A DNA stretch of 64,000 bases from Zygnema circumcarinatum SAG 698-1b (Eukaryota; Plantae; Zygnematophyceae). The DNA is taken from the NCBI GenBank assembly GCA_037447605.1, contig CM074808.1, forward strand, positions 2,790,001 through 2,854,000, given 5' to 3'. The first letter of the stretch is position 1; each line of letters starts with the position of its first letter. The translations under genes were made by a program, and so were the position numbers. The notes under the pieces were generated by a model, which saw nothing but the letters and a program-made list of their open reading frames with translations, was not told the origin of the DNA and searched no databases. This document shows, in pieces, positions 13,501 through 24,907 of the stretch.

Positions 13501-15530
13501 GAGTTCAGTAGCATGGAGGGGGAGGAGGAGAGCGGCAAATCGGAAGGGCTACTTAAGTCCTTTTTCAACTTCGGCTTCACCTCCACGTAAAGTGTTTGGG
13601 CTCCCTGTCTGATATAAGGGCACTGACATTGCTGGTAAGGATTGGGAATGTAAGTGAAGGGAAATCCCTGATGCATGTGGTAAGGTGTGAGGTGCAGGGC
13701 CCCAAAGGCGCGTGCAGATGTGTTGCATACCACTGTGAAGAACATACTCGGAGATCATGCACTACATCTCTTGGCCATGAAGGAGCTTCGGGAGCTTGTG
13801 GCGTTTGCAAAGGAAACACAATTTGACTTGAAGGTCAGCTGAGATTCGTATTCTACTCTTATCACTATCTCGTTAGTTGGAAATGGAAAGTTTGGCTACT
13901 ATTGCACGTGTTCATACTGGGACGTTTTGGTCATTCTTTGAAGTTGAGGCTTAACTCTGTGAAGTGCGTTGTCCAAGTTTTTAGTCAAGGGGCTCTAATG
14001 GGTAACGGTTGGTTTCTTGTTGCCTGTAATCTATCGGTTTCACAAGACTTAGGTTATTTAGGATTGCTCTGAATGACACATCTCATTTTTTCTGACTTTG
14101 CAGGAATTTCTACGAGAGCACCAGGGAAGTGCAGTTAGGCTGGAAGACTTCCCTACAGCTCTTAAAATCATGCGTCTTAAGGTGTGCTTCCAATCACAGC
14201 TGGAAGTTGATAACCTACGTTTCTTACTTTCTCTTCTTTTCCTTAGTCTCTTTGTTGGCTCTGCATTGTGTGGTGGGAGCAGTTGGGATCAGACGGTGCC
14301 AGTAGTCGCGCCGATGCGGAATTTCTATTGGCGCAGATGCAGGCAGTTGGATTTCACGAGTGGACGGTGGTGCTGGCGACCTTACTGCAACGGATTGATG
14401 TAAGAGAGAGACAACAACTACTCTCGTCACCCTATTACTCACTCACTCGAGCATTTGTTTTCCATGCGGAGTATGACGAAGTAGTCGTTTGTTTCACAAT
14501 TCTTCACCATTCTGGTGATTATGCATTATGTGAACTAGACGACAGATGCACAGCTGCTGAAGAGGGTAATGGAGGAGGTGTGGCAACTATTTTGTAAAGC
14601 GGGAGCTGATGCTGTCCTGTTCTTGATAAGTACTTGTTGGTTAAACATACTGTTTAAGGATAGAATCACCAAATGTAGCCTTGTTTGGAGCGCTTCGATG
14701 AAACAAGAACCTATTCTTCCTCCAGGCTTGCTTATCTGTTGTAATAGAGACTGAAAAACGATTATTTTGCAACATGTTGAGAATACGCCGTTGTATGGGC
14801 AAAATTGTTCCAGAAAGGTGACTTTTGCCAACCTGGGTGCAGAATGTGTGACGCGTAACATGAGGTGCATGAGTCAGACAATCGATCAAGGCCAATTGTG
14901 GGCCGGCCCTTTTCTGAACGTATGGATGGGATGTATGGGTTGCAGGTGCTCCTTAATCTTTTCCGCGACGACCTGAAGCTGTGGCTGGCCTATGAGAAGA
15001 CCATCATGGTGAGGCTGCATCGCCGCCCTTGTTTGTGCATGTCTCTTCTTGTACCTCGAACTCTCAGGAAGAAATGTTTGAAATCTGCTCTAGTTAAATG
15101 TCCAGAAGTTGTACTTCTCGCTTATGGCAAATGGACTAACTCTTTGGATATTCCTGGGGTATCTGTTTGGAGCTGTTCTGCAATCCGTCTTTTGCTTTGA
15201 TTGGGTTACCATTCACTTTGATGAATGCTCAGGTTGTAAGGTCAGAAATAATGAAAGTCCTTCCGGCGTGTCTTCTTTTAAGGACTGTTGGAAGGTTCAA
15301 TTTTTTTTTGGGGGGGACAGACGCCCTGAAAGAAACAGGTGAAGCCAGTGCGATTGTTACTGTCAGGGTATAGAGATTGCGGAAGGTCTGACTATTATGT
15401 GTGGGTTGTTGAGATACAGGCCCAGTTGAACGCTTACCAGTATGAAGACCTCCTTCAAGCATTGAGAACGGAGCTAAGCGACCATTTTGATCACCACTCA
15501 ATTCCAATTGTGAAGGAGACGCAGGAATAG
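4542..15530 (+). CDS. RIC1: RIC1 / RAB6A-GEF complex partner protein 1 (WD40 plus RIC1 domain), ~1138 aa, 23 exons
   Basis: Exons: 4542-4682, 4939-5046, 5385-5533, 5969-6050, 6290-6726, 7038-7482, 7776-7999, 8774-8969, 9142-9302, 9545-9719, 10233-10289, 10709-10888, 11262-11374, 11774-11944, 12182-12239, 12835-12894, 13053-13094, 13474-13586, 13698-13833, 14104-14181, 14283-14399, 14946-15008, 15420-15530 (3417 nt). Motifs: MYIAYGWP, KKWRVFGD, YPRYHLD, LDPELDFDREVYPLG, VVVSVARKTDSRHWAELF, ADAEFLLAQM. Confidence 0.95.
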
Positions 15531-16860
15531 GAAGACTGCGTGGTCAGCCTTTTCCTGAACTATCGGTCGCTGGCAGAAGACTTGGTTACAAGTCCCTACT
15601 CTTGCAGTGCTGCGATGAAGGGCAGGCAATGCAGGCAGCTGCTCAGCTTATGTCGCCTCCACAGCTGCACCAAATGCAGCTTTCGATCTTCCACTTCGTG
15701 TCAAATCGTCGCCAATTGTCACATTTTTTTTCCGTCAAATTTTTGCAGAGGAGCAGGAGAGTCCGTGCAGTATATGTAGTGGCCACGGTATTGGAAGGGC
15801 CTGCATTCGTTGCTCCGCGGCTGGTCTCGAGACCTGTCATTAGAAGTCAGTGTGGAAGCCACCGCGTTGCTCGCTACTTGTGGCTCCCCAGGAGAGGGAG
15901 GGGTGGGTCTGTGGGAGGTGGCAGTAGGGGTGCGCATATTGGAGGGTAGTACCGGGCCTGCCATTTAGGCACCGTTTAATAATGCAGTGTTAGCGTTGTG
16001 CCCCCAAGTGGGCGCAACTCGTTGTTACTTCAGCCTCTATTGAGTGATGGCCGAGTGCGGCCCTTTCAGTCGCTGGCATTGCCTGCTGATTCTGATTAGG
16101 AGCTGCATACTTTTGTCCCTTGGTGTTTGCTTTGTTTTGTGGCGTTTGTGGGTAATCCAGCTTTGAGTGACAGTAACATGCGGCGATACGTCTGAGAGAG
16201 ATGAAGAGGGAGGGGGCTGTCTACTGGCATCTCCAAGCAGTGGAAAGCTCAGCATAAAGGAAGGATTGATACACTCTGCAGCATGCATGTCAGCAATCAT
16301 CATTAGCTTGAGTAGGCCCCTCCAATTGGAGGAGGCTGCGGCTAACCATCACAAAAGCAGTCTTTCCATTCCATCGTTGCAAAAGGGATATGCATTTTTG
16401 TTTATTGCTAAACTCAGTGGAATTGCATTTATAGAACCTAGAGGGTTAAAGTTGAGAGTTTAGACGTATCAAACATGCCCATGTTGTTCAAGGAAGTGGC
16501 AGATTTGAGTGTGAACAAAATATCTCGCACATAAGCATCTATGCAATGTCTTTCAAAATATTTTGCTTTACTGAAGTGTGCCTTCGTTTTTCTTTTTGAC
16601 CAACTTGCCTCCTTAATTCGATGGCTCTTCAGAAAAAGGCCATCACACTCACACTCTCTTAAACTCATCGCATATTTTCTCTCTTGGCGTGAAACCAAGA
16701 GAGATTATCGAATCATTGTTATTATTATTATTATTAGTGAAATTTTTCTCGTGCGCTCAAATGCAGTCCCCGTCCTTTGGCCCAGAGCCTCCAAAAGTGT
16801 GAAAAGGGAAAGGACCCTCCATTGCGAACTTACAATTGATTATATCCAATCGCAACTCGT

Positions 16861-16887
16861 CACGTGTCTATTATCACACGTGGCAAC
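16861..16887. promoter_or_regulatory. Tandem G-boxes flanking a GATA/I-box-like core (CACGTG..TTATC.CACGTGGC)
   Basis: Sequence cacgtgtctattatcacacgtggcaac, ~150 bp upstream of the ATG at 17033. Confidence 0.4.
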
Positions 16888-17032
16888 CCCTAACTGGTGA
16901 CGGTCTTAAATTTGTACACGTGGCGAATTTCCATTGGAGGTGCCTCACTCTGGGCTCCACTCTCCAAACGGAGTGAATGCTTTCCGACGGTCTGTCTGAG
17001 AGAGCGCCCCTCTCCGGCGGACGCTGACGGCA

Positions 17033-19384
17033 ATGGCCATGGCCATGGCGCCCGCCTCCCTCTCCCTCGCATCCCCTCCCTTCCCTTCCCGCCGCAGCCT
17101 CCTGTTTGAAGGCGCTCCCCTGCAGGCACGCGCGCAGGTGGCTGCGCTGCAGGGGCCCTCGCCCGCACGCGCGTTAGGGCGACAGGGAGCTTTGCGCTCC
17201 CTTCTCGTTAGGCCTAGAGTTCAAGTGCAGGTAAGTCGGAAGCAGTGTAGGAGATGCTATATTATGCCAAAGGGAGAGAGAGAGAGAAGGGGAGGGAGGT
17301 AGATGAGGGGGAGAGGAGAGGGAGGGGGAGAAGGAGGCGGAGGAGAGCGGGGAGTGGGAAGGAGGTGGGGGCGGAGGGGGGGAAGAGAGAGAGGAAGAGA
17401 GAAAATGAGAGAGAGAGCGGAAGAGAGAGAGAGCGAGAGCGCGATTTTCGTCCTGCATCGTGTAGGTTTGGAGCTTCAAATGGAAGCCTTCACTGTCAAT
17501 AGGAATGAAGCAAGTTAGTACATTTGCAAGTTAGTTAGCAAGCTAGTACATTTGATCCGCAGAAGCTTAGTTTAAGATTGAGTTTGAGTTTGGAATTCGC
17601 ATAGGCAGAGTTGCATAGGAATTAGCAATGCGTGTCCTCCTCGCAAGCTTGTGACAAATGGGTAAAGGCCGATGCAGTTCTACATTGAGAGAGATCTATT
17701 ATTTTGAAAAGTTTCATTCCTACTGAGGGAAATTGCTGAGAAAGAGTGAAAAGTACGTTAAACTTCAGCTCATTTTGTATGCCAATGTGTTACTTTTTTC
17801 ATAAACTATGTTTTATAGTCCACAACCTGCAATCCTCTTTTGACACAAAAATGGAGGGTGAGCATGCAGTAAGTTAAAGTTGAAGATGCCAAGTATGAGA
17901 GGAGTCACGTTTGATGAATTCGCCGTTCTCTGTGGATTTACAGAACAGTCTGGTTAGGAGGCATTGGCTGAAACTGCAGTCGCATGGACGAGCGTTTTGC
18001 TCGAAGGCATTTTGGAAGCAGCACGAAGATGAGATCTAGAAACTTCAGCTACCGGCTAGAAGGAACAGTTACAATCACTAAACTGAAGCTCTCTTAAGCG
18101 AGGCAAGCAAGAACCATACGGGTTCTGAGACTTCGTGCGTATGTATTGTCTGGAAAATGTGCAGCGAAACCCTTTTTCCGGCGGTGGACGTTCCTTCTCC
18201 TCGGTTCCACTGTCATCCTCTTCTTCCTGCAAAGGCTGGACAAGGGTTTCCTCCAGCTCCAGCTCCAGCTCCAGATTTCCTGCCGAAAGGCCTTCTCTTC
18301 CTGTGAAGGTCCCTCATGTGGACACATCCACTTCGCCTGCAGCATCTTCCTTTACTCTCTCACCGCTTGTCTCAGCATTGCTGCTGACCGTCTCCATCCT
18401 CCCCCTCTTTGGGCTCCTCTCTCCGCCTGCTTCTGCAACAGTGGCTGCAGACTCCATAGCAGCCCTCAGTTTTGGTCAAAAAGTTGCAACAGCACTTAGA
18501 TCTTCGGGAATTTCGGATGAAGTTATTATTTTCTTAATGGCTATGCTCCCCGTGATAGAGCTTCGAGGGTCCGTTCCAGTGGCGTATTGGATGAAGCTGA
18601 ATCCCTTCAACGCCTCGGTGCTTGCAGTACTTGGGTGAGTCTTCGGGCATTCTTTCTCTCTATTTCGCTCGCTCTCTCTACGCGTCTCTCCATCCATGCT
18701 CCCCTCGCCCTCTCCTCTCCTCTCTCTCTCACTTTCTCTCCCACCCCCCCTTGTCTACCTTTCGCCCTTCTTAGCACCCGTCTCATTTGGTTTGAGCATC
18801 TAGCGTTCTTCTTGCTTGGAAAACAGCCGTCAATCATTGTATCGCTGCGCTCGCCCCTTCCCTTTCTTCCCTATCACTCTCAACCCTAAAACCTTAGAAG
18901 CCCTAAACACCCCTACGAGCCCATGGCGTGCAGCAACATGGTGCCCGTGCCCTTCATTCTATTGTTCCTGGGACCCATTTCGTCCTACATCATCAGAAGC
19001 AATGAGACATTGGGGCGCGTCGTGACATGGCTGCTGGAAACCACTCGCAAGAAGGCGGGCCCCATTGCCGAGTTCAGGTGGCTGGGACTGATGCTCTTTG
19101 TGGCAGTTCCGTTGCCTGGAACGGGCGCCTGGTCGGGCGCCATCGCCGCCTTCCTTTTGGGCCTGCCCTTTTGGAGCTCGCTTTCTGCCAATTTCGTGGG
19201 GGTCCTCCTGGCGGGGCTCATAATGAACATCCTCTGCCAGTTGGGGCTCAGATCCGCGCTGCTGTTTGGGCTCGCCCTCTTTTTGGCCTCCACGTTCGTT
19301 TGGAGTTTCTTGAGATGGCTGTCAGGGAGGCTCTCTCTCACAAGCGGCGGCAGGGTGGGACAGGATGTGGACGGACTAAGTTAA
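17033..19384 (+). CDS. Small multi-drug export (Sm_multidrug_ex) family membrane protein with a plastid transit-peptide-like N-terminus, ~372 aa
   Basis: Exons 17033-17230, 18165-18634, 18934-19384 (1119 nt). Motifs: AMLPVIELRGSVP, GNMVPVPFILL, GLMLFVAVPLPGTGAWSGAIAA. The N-terminus is Ser/Ala/Arg-rich. Confidence 0.88.
17272..17445 (+). repeat. Polypurine (GA-rich) low-complexity tract in intron 1
   Basis: Almost exclusively G/A (gagagagagagaagggagggagg...). Confidence 0.85.
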
Positions 19385-19639
19385 GAGTTATTAATAATAT
19401 TTTTATTAGTTTTTTTTTTTTAAACACACGTGCTTTTGCTGTTTAACCAGAGGAAATTCTCTGCCCCTGAAAATGTGATGCTCCCCACTCAAGAGTGTGT
19501 AGACTTTTGAAGTATCAGAAATATTCAAGAAGTTGTCAATGGGCAAATGCACGAAGGTAAAACGCACCGGCTCCTGCTCTGCCTTAAACAAACAGAACTG
19601 TGTCACGGCCGTACACAATGTACGGAGGCCCCGGAAAGC

Positions 19640-20111
19640 ATGGCGTTCCATGTACGGAGGCTGATATCCGTACGGAGACGACCGCATACTTTAGCTGCCA
19701 CGCCGGCGTGGCTTTCCACGTGGCATGATGTCATTGGCTGCAAGGAAAGCCTTGCACAAAAAGGCGCTGACACGTGTCATACTGACACTGCAGGTCGCAT
19801 TGTAGGGCAGACGTGGCCGCCTGTCCAACTGCGATTCGCTGCAAGCTGCAACCGCGACTCGGCGGCGGCAATCACTTGGCAGCGAGCCACGTGGCAATAC
19901 AACGGTGCGTGACGTGGCATCCGAGACTGATCGTAAGCGTCCAAGCCGCGACGCGATTGGAGGATCCCACATCTTGTAATAGGAAAGTCGCATACGTGTC
20001 AGCCACGTCGGCGCCACGCCGGCGTCACGTTGGTGCCATGTCGTTAAACTGCTCCGACATGGAACTCCGAAGCGCGTCGCACAGGATGCCCAAACGCGCC
20101 ATGGAACGCCG
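19640..20111. mobile_element. Degenerate MITE-like (Mutator-type?) element loaded with ABRE/G-box motifs
   Basis: GGCGTTCCATG (19642-19652) is inverted as CATGGAACGCC (20100-20110). GTTCCATGTACGGAG is inverted at 20052-20065 with a one-base gap. Internal GCCACGCCGGCGT copies at ~19697 and ~20015. No TSD found. Confidence 0.45.
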
Positions 20112-20889
20112 CTCTGAGGTAAAAAATAAAGAATAAAAGTAAAAAAAATCCCCTTTTCCCTTGAGCCAATTCAAGTGTTCAAATAGGCGCTGCTCTCATA
20201 AAACGCCCAGAATCTAATTTTTCCTGAGGCATTTTTTTTTTTTCAGTGCGGCTGAAGTCAGGAAATTCCCCTCAAAGTGTGCTGTTGAACCAGACTCTGG
20301 TTAAATAAGGTGCCGCGAGTTGAAAAAGCTCTATTTCTTTTGCTTAGCTTCTGTTACTGCAGCTGAGTTTTCACTGTAGGCTTTTTGGTGCTGGCAGACA
20401 GCAGCCAAATCTGCCAACCGAGCAGACATATCAACAGGTGGGTCGCCCCTTAAAACATTGGCACTAACTTTTACTGAAAACCTGGAGCCTCCTGCAGCCT
20501 TTCCCGGGTGCAAGATTTCGCTTGCAGAGGACATTTTCGGAATCCGGAAATCGAACTTGGGCATGTCAGATGCATCACAACACAAAGTCTTTTCATGATG
20601 TCCTTGAACAGCCGTATTTGACTCTCAACGAACCCTAAAAATTCTGCTATTATTTGTGAAACATAGAGGGCTGTCCTTGCAGCAAGTAAATTCTGATGCA
20701 CCCACCTATCCGTTAGTGTCTATAACTGCTTAAAATATCAAGACTTATATATAAAAACCCTAATAAGCTCAATCTGAAACTCCTAATCTGAAAGGGGAAC
20801 CTGCTAACTTTTCCTTTGCACCGTTGGTCTATGAGCAGGAGATCTAATCTGATTTTGAAGAAGTATCGACGATTTGTAGGCTTGGCGGC

Positions 20890-22992
20890 ATGGCTGGGGG
20901 TGATATTGCGCCGACATCAAAAGAAGTGTCGCCAAATCAGGGAGAAGCAGGTGCGGTCAAGTTAGGGTTTCGGAAGCAGCATGCCTTGTACTTACCATTT
21001 TGAATCGTTCATTTCTCTGTTGTGGTATTTTCTCGTTCCTAACCCTAAAAGTATCACTTGTTTAGGTTTTCACAAGTCTAACGAATGCGTTCTTACTTCC
21101 AACATCCGAATTGCGGCCACTATGCAGGAGGAACAACTCTCTTTAAAAAGCGCGGCAACGTCAAGAACGTGCGGCGGCGCCAAATGGACGATGCAGAAGT
21201 TGAAAATGCAGAAGATGACGGCGGTTCAGCCGTTGTTCGAAAGGCGAAAGCTGCTCGAAAGAGTGATGGAGTGTTAGGTTTCAGCACAGGAACCGCGTCT
21301 CAGCCTAAGACTGAAAAGGAGGCTCCCAAAATTGGCTTCACATATGAATCCAATCGGCAGGTACAGACCGCTAGCGACAGCAAGGCTACCGCAACCCTAG
21401 AAACAGAGACTGCATTTGACCGAGATGCTCGAGCCATCAGAGAAAAGGTGCTGAAAAATGCAGAGGCTGCTCTTAAAGGAAGCAAAAATGACGATAAACT
21501 GTACAAGGGGCAAGCAGCCTATATGGATCATACTGCAGGATTCCGCCGGGAGCACACGGTAGCAGGAGAGAAGGCCTCTGGGGCCCACGGCCCCCTTAGA
21601 GCTTCAGCACATATTCGGTGGTCTGTGAGATTTGACTATCAGCCAGACTTATGTAAAGATTACAAAGAGACGGGATACTGCGGCTATGGTGATGCCTGCA
21701 AGTTTATGCACGATCGAGGAGACTACAAGTCCGGATGGCAGTTGGAGAACGAGTGGACAGCGAAGGAGAAGAGGAGGAAGGAGATGGCGGCTCGGGGGAT
21801 CACGGAAGAAGAAGAAGACGGGGGAGGGGGAGAGGAGGGAGAGGACAGCGGCGATGAGGAGTTGCCCTTCGCGTGCTTCATTTGCAGGCAGCCCTTTACG
21901 GATCCCGTGGTTACCCGATGCAAGCACTATTTTTGCGAGCACTGCGCACTTAAGGTGAGGAAAAAGGCGGAGAGGGCTCTCTCCCCCTCTCCTCCTCCCT
22001 CTCCTCCCTCTCCTCTTCCCTCTCCCCTCTCCCCTCTCCCCTCTCCCATCTCCCCCCTCTCCCAACTCCCCTCTCCCCTCTCCCCTCTCCCCTCTCCCCT
22101 CTCCCCTCTCCCCCTCCCTCTCCCCCTCCCTCTCCCCTCTCCCCTCTCCCCTCTCCCCTCTCCCCTCTCCCCTCTCCCCTCTCCCCTCTCCCCTCTCCCC
22201 TCTCCCCTCTCCCCTCTCCCTCTCCTCTCCCTCTCCCCTCTCCCCTCTCCCCTCTCCCCTCTCCCCTCTCCCCTCTCCCTCTCCTCTCCCTCTCCCCTCT
22301 CCCCTCTCCCCTCTCCCCTCTCCCCTCTCCCCTCTCCCCTCTCCTCTCCCTCTCCCTCTCCTCTCCTCTCCCCTCTCCTCCTCTCCCTCTCCCCTCTCCC
22401 CTCTCCCTCTCCTCTCCTCTCCTCTCCTCTCCTCTCCTCTCCCCTCTCCTCTCCTCTCCCTCTCCCCTCTCCCCTCTCCCCTCTCCCCTCTCCCCTCTCC
22501 CCTCTCCCCTCTCCCCTCTCCCCTCTCCCCTCTCCCCTCTCCCCTCTCCCCTCTCTCCCTCTCCCCTCTCCCCTCTCCCCTCTCCCCTCTCCCCTCTCCC
22601 TCTTCCCTCTCCCCTCTCCCCTCTCCCCTTCCCTCTCCCCTCTCCCCTCTCCCCTGTTCTGCTGTTAAAGCGATTTTCTTGTTGGCTGTTTGCGGCACCT
22701 CTGGAGAGCGAACAGGTCTGCTCCGATGTTCAGTACATGTATCTGTTTGCTTGAGACATTTCAAACCCTAAATTCCTCAGAAATGTTAAAAATTAGAAGG
22801 CCCTAATGCCAGGAAGCGATGGTGGATGTGGCTGTGCAGCACAATGCGAGGAACAAGAACTGCTTTGTATGCAATAAGCCGACGAATGGGGTGTTCAACA
22901 CAGCGCATGAAATCATAAAGAAGATGAAGGAGACGCGAGAGCTTGCAGAGAAGCCAACGCAAGGCGAGGCCGAGGCGGAGGAGGAAGGCTGA
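20890..22992 (+). CDS. CWC24: Pre-mRNA splicing factor CWC24 / RNF113A (CCCH zinc finger plus RING), 346 aa
   Basis: Exons 20890-20950, 21128-21954, 22840-22992 (1041 nt). Motifs: [38 protein letters not shown] and [52 protein letters not shown]. Confidence 0.96.
21977..22655 (+). repeat. ~680-bp polypyrimidine satellite, mainly (CTCCCCT)n, in CWC24 intron 2
   Basis: Nearly pure C/T with a dominant 7-mer. It explains the spurious Pro/Ser/Leu and Arg/Gly/Glu ORFs on both strands. Confidence 0.95.
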
Positions 22993-24006
22993 ACCTGATC
23001 CTGCTTGAGCGAAGAAGCTGTTCCATGCGGCGGTCAGGCTCCGTTGGTCCGTTGCATTCATTTTTGTATGAGTAGGCCGAGGGCTGCCTTGCAGCCCTGC
23101 TGTAATTTTTGTAAACTCTCGCGTTTGAATTGAACTCAAGACTCTCCGAACGGTTTTAGGACTTTGAGATTGACTCGTTTTAACCCTAATTCAGATCGCG
23201 ATGTCCTCTCAATTTAGCTGAAAGAAAGTGTCCGAAGTGCCAAAAAATACGACAATACTTTTGTTATTCTACAGCTTTTATCGAGTGCATTCGCCATTTA
23301 ATAAAGGCCTCGACTCGCTTTCTTGCAATTATGATGATTGATTATTATGATTAATTATTCATTTAGATATAAATATAGGAAACTGATAAATTAACTACTT
23401 TTTTGAATCGATACAATCCTTTTTTTGCCGTGCAGATTTTAAAATAGACAAAAAGGATTAAAAACGAAAAATTATTTTTTCACACCTTTTTTGGATCGAG
23501 ACACACCTTTTTCCGTCGAAAAGTTTTTATTTTACCAAAAGAAGGTCAAAACCTAAAAACCCATTTAAGCCCTAAAAAAATCCTTTTTTTTGCATAAAAA
23601 ACGTAAAACGAATAGGCATTGCACTTACAATGGCGATGTCATCATATGCACATAGCTCCTCTACTTTTTGGCTTAACGACACACGGCTCTACAAACTGGT
23701 GCAAACCTTCAACTCTTATAAATTGGAAAAGACGCGAAAAATCACTCACTGAATTACTCATGCTAAGACTCAGTTTTATCAAGGCCTCGTATGGCTCATA
23801 CAGAAGACTCTTTCTCCATTTCTATCCATCATGACTTACTCAAAATAACTTTCTTAGAATCCACTATAGTTTAGAACGATCCTCACAAAAACTAAATGCT
23901 GAAGGATAACCTCCAAAGGTTTGGGCTTTAGTCACAAAAACAAAAGCTCAAATAAGAAATGAAATTGGAAATGAAATAAAAAATGTTCTGAAATGTTCTG
24001 CTACCC

Positions 24007-24889
24007 TAGGGCTCAGTGTAGCGGTTGCTACGCCCACCATGGTGCTCCGCGCACCATGTGCCCCGCCGTATGGCCATACAGTCAGCAGTCCTCATATTTT
24101 CCACCCTGTACAGTGCGTCCCCAAGAAATTCGCCCCGATTTTGCCGAAACCACCTTTTTGTACGGTAACTCTGTGTTAGCCGTATTATCCGTACTATCCG
24201 TACCCCTAAAACCCTTAAACCCTAGAAACCCTACGGACCGTACTAGCCGTACTGGCCGTACTTGCCGTACTTGCTGTACTAGCCGTTACGGGCTTCAGCA
24301 AAACTCACCGAATCTTCCCGCACGTGCCGCCGTATGAGGCGCTCGCTCGTCTTTCCTCCTTTTTTGGCTCCGATACGACACGATACGATATGATACTGAA
24401 CGACACGGTACGCCACGGTACGATATGGTACGGTACGATACGTACGGTCCAACATGAACTCTAACAATACCGCCCGTCTATTGGTAACACGAACCTTCTA
24501 TTTGCAAAAATCAATATTTTCGCCTCATATTTGCCAAAACCATGGCGAAAATATGAGGACTGTTGACTGTACCGTACAGCCAATGTACAGTACTGTGCTC
24601 GTACGGTCCATCGTACGGCAGATCGTATGGGCTCGCTGGAAACTATCACTGCAAAGAGAAAGAGGAGAGAATTAGGGTAAAGGGCAGGAACGTCTTCTTA
24701 CACTCAACCACGCAACCCCTTTTAAAGAAACAACGCAAACTTTCATTGAACTCGCGATGGCGAGGCCATCAAATTTACATGGATAAAGGCAAAATGTGGA
24801 ACCACGAAGGACTGGTCACAAAGGACCGAAACACAATAAAACGAAGCTAGGAGCGGAAAACTACGCCTAGGCACAACAACGCAGCCCTA
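24007..24889. mobile_element. Nested element with TAGGGCT...AGCCCTA ends and GTAC-rich subterminal-type repeats (hAT-like?)
   Basis: TAGGGCTC at 24007 and CAGCCCTA ending at 24889. Internal inverted pair cagtcagcagtcctcatattttc (~24078) / gaaaatatgaggactgttgactg (~24547). 9-bp (tagccgtac-like) and 5-bp (gatac/ggtac) periodic arrays. No 8-bp TSD. Confidence 0.45.
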
Positions 24890-24897
24890 GAAGCAGC

Positions 24898-24907
24898 NNN
24901 NNNNNNN
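24898..24907. other. Assembly gap (10 N)
   Basis: Run of n in the sequence. Confidence 1.

Noticed and set aside
15540-16900. Several 65-120-aa ORFs between RIC1 and the transporter gene, including YFERHCIDAYVRDIL
   Set aside because: No consistent exon chain could be built (the candidate intron is only ~28 nt). The resemblance to docking-domain motifs is too weak.
19964-19974. ATCCCACATCT resembling the plant snRNA upstream sequence element
   Set aside because: One mismatch to RTCCCACATCG, no TATA box at the expected spacing and no recognisable snRNA downstream.
21085-22764. 527-aa (+) and 371-aa (-) ORFs with PSPL/GERGE repeats
   Set aside because: Read-through of the C/T satellite in CWC24 intron 2. 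The RING finger is completed by the exon at 22840.
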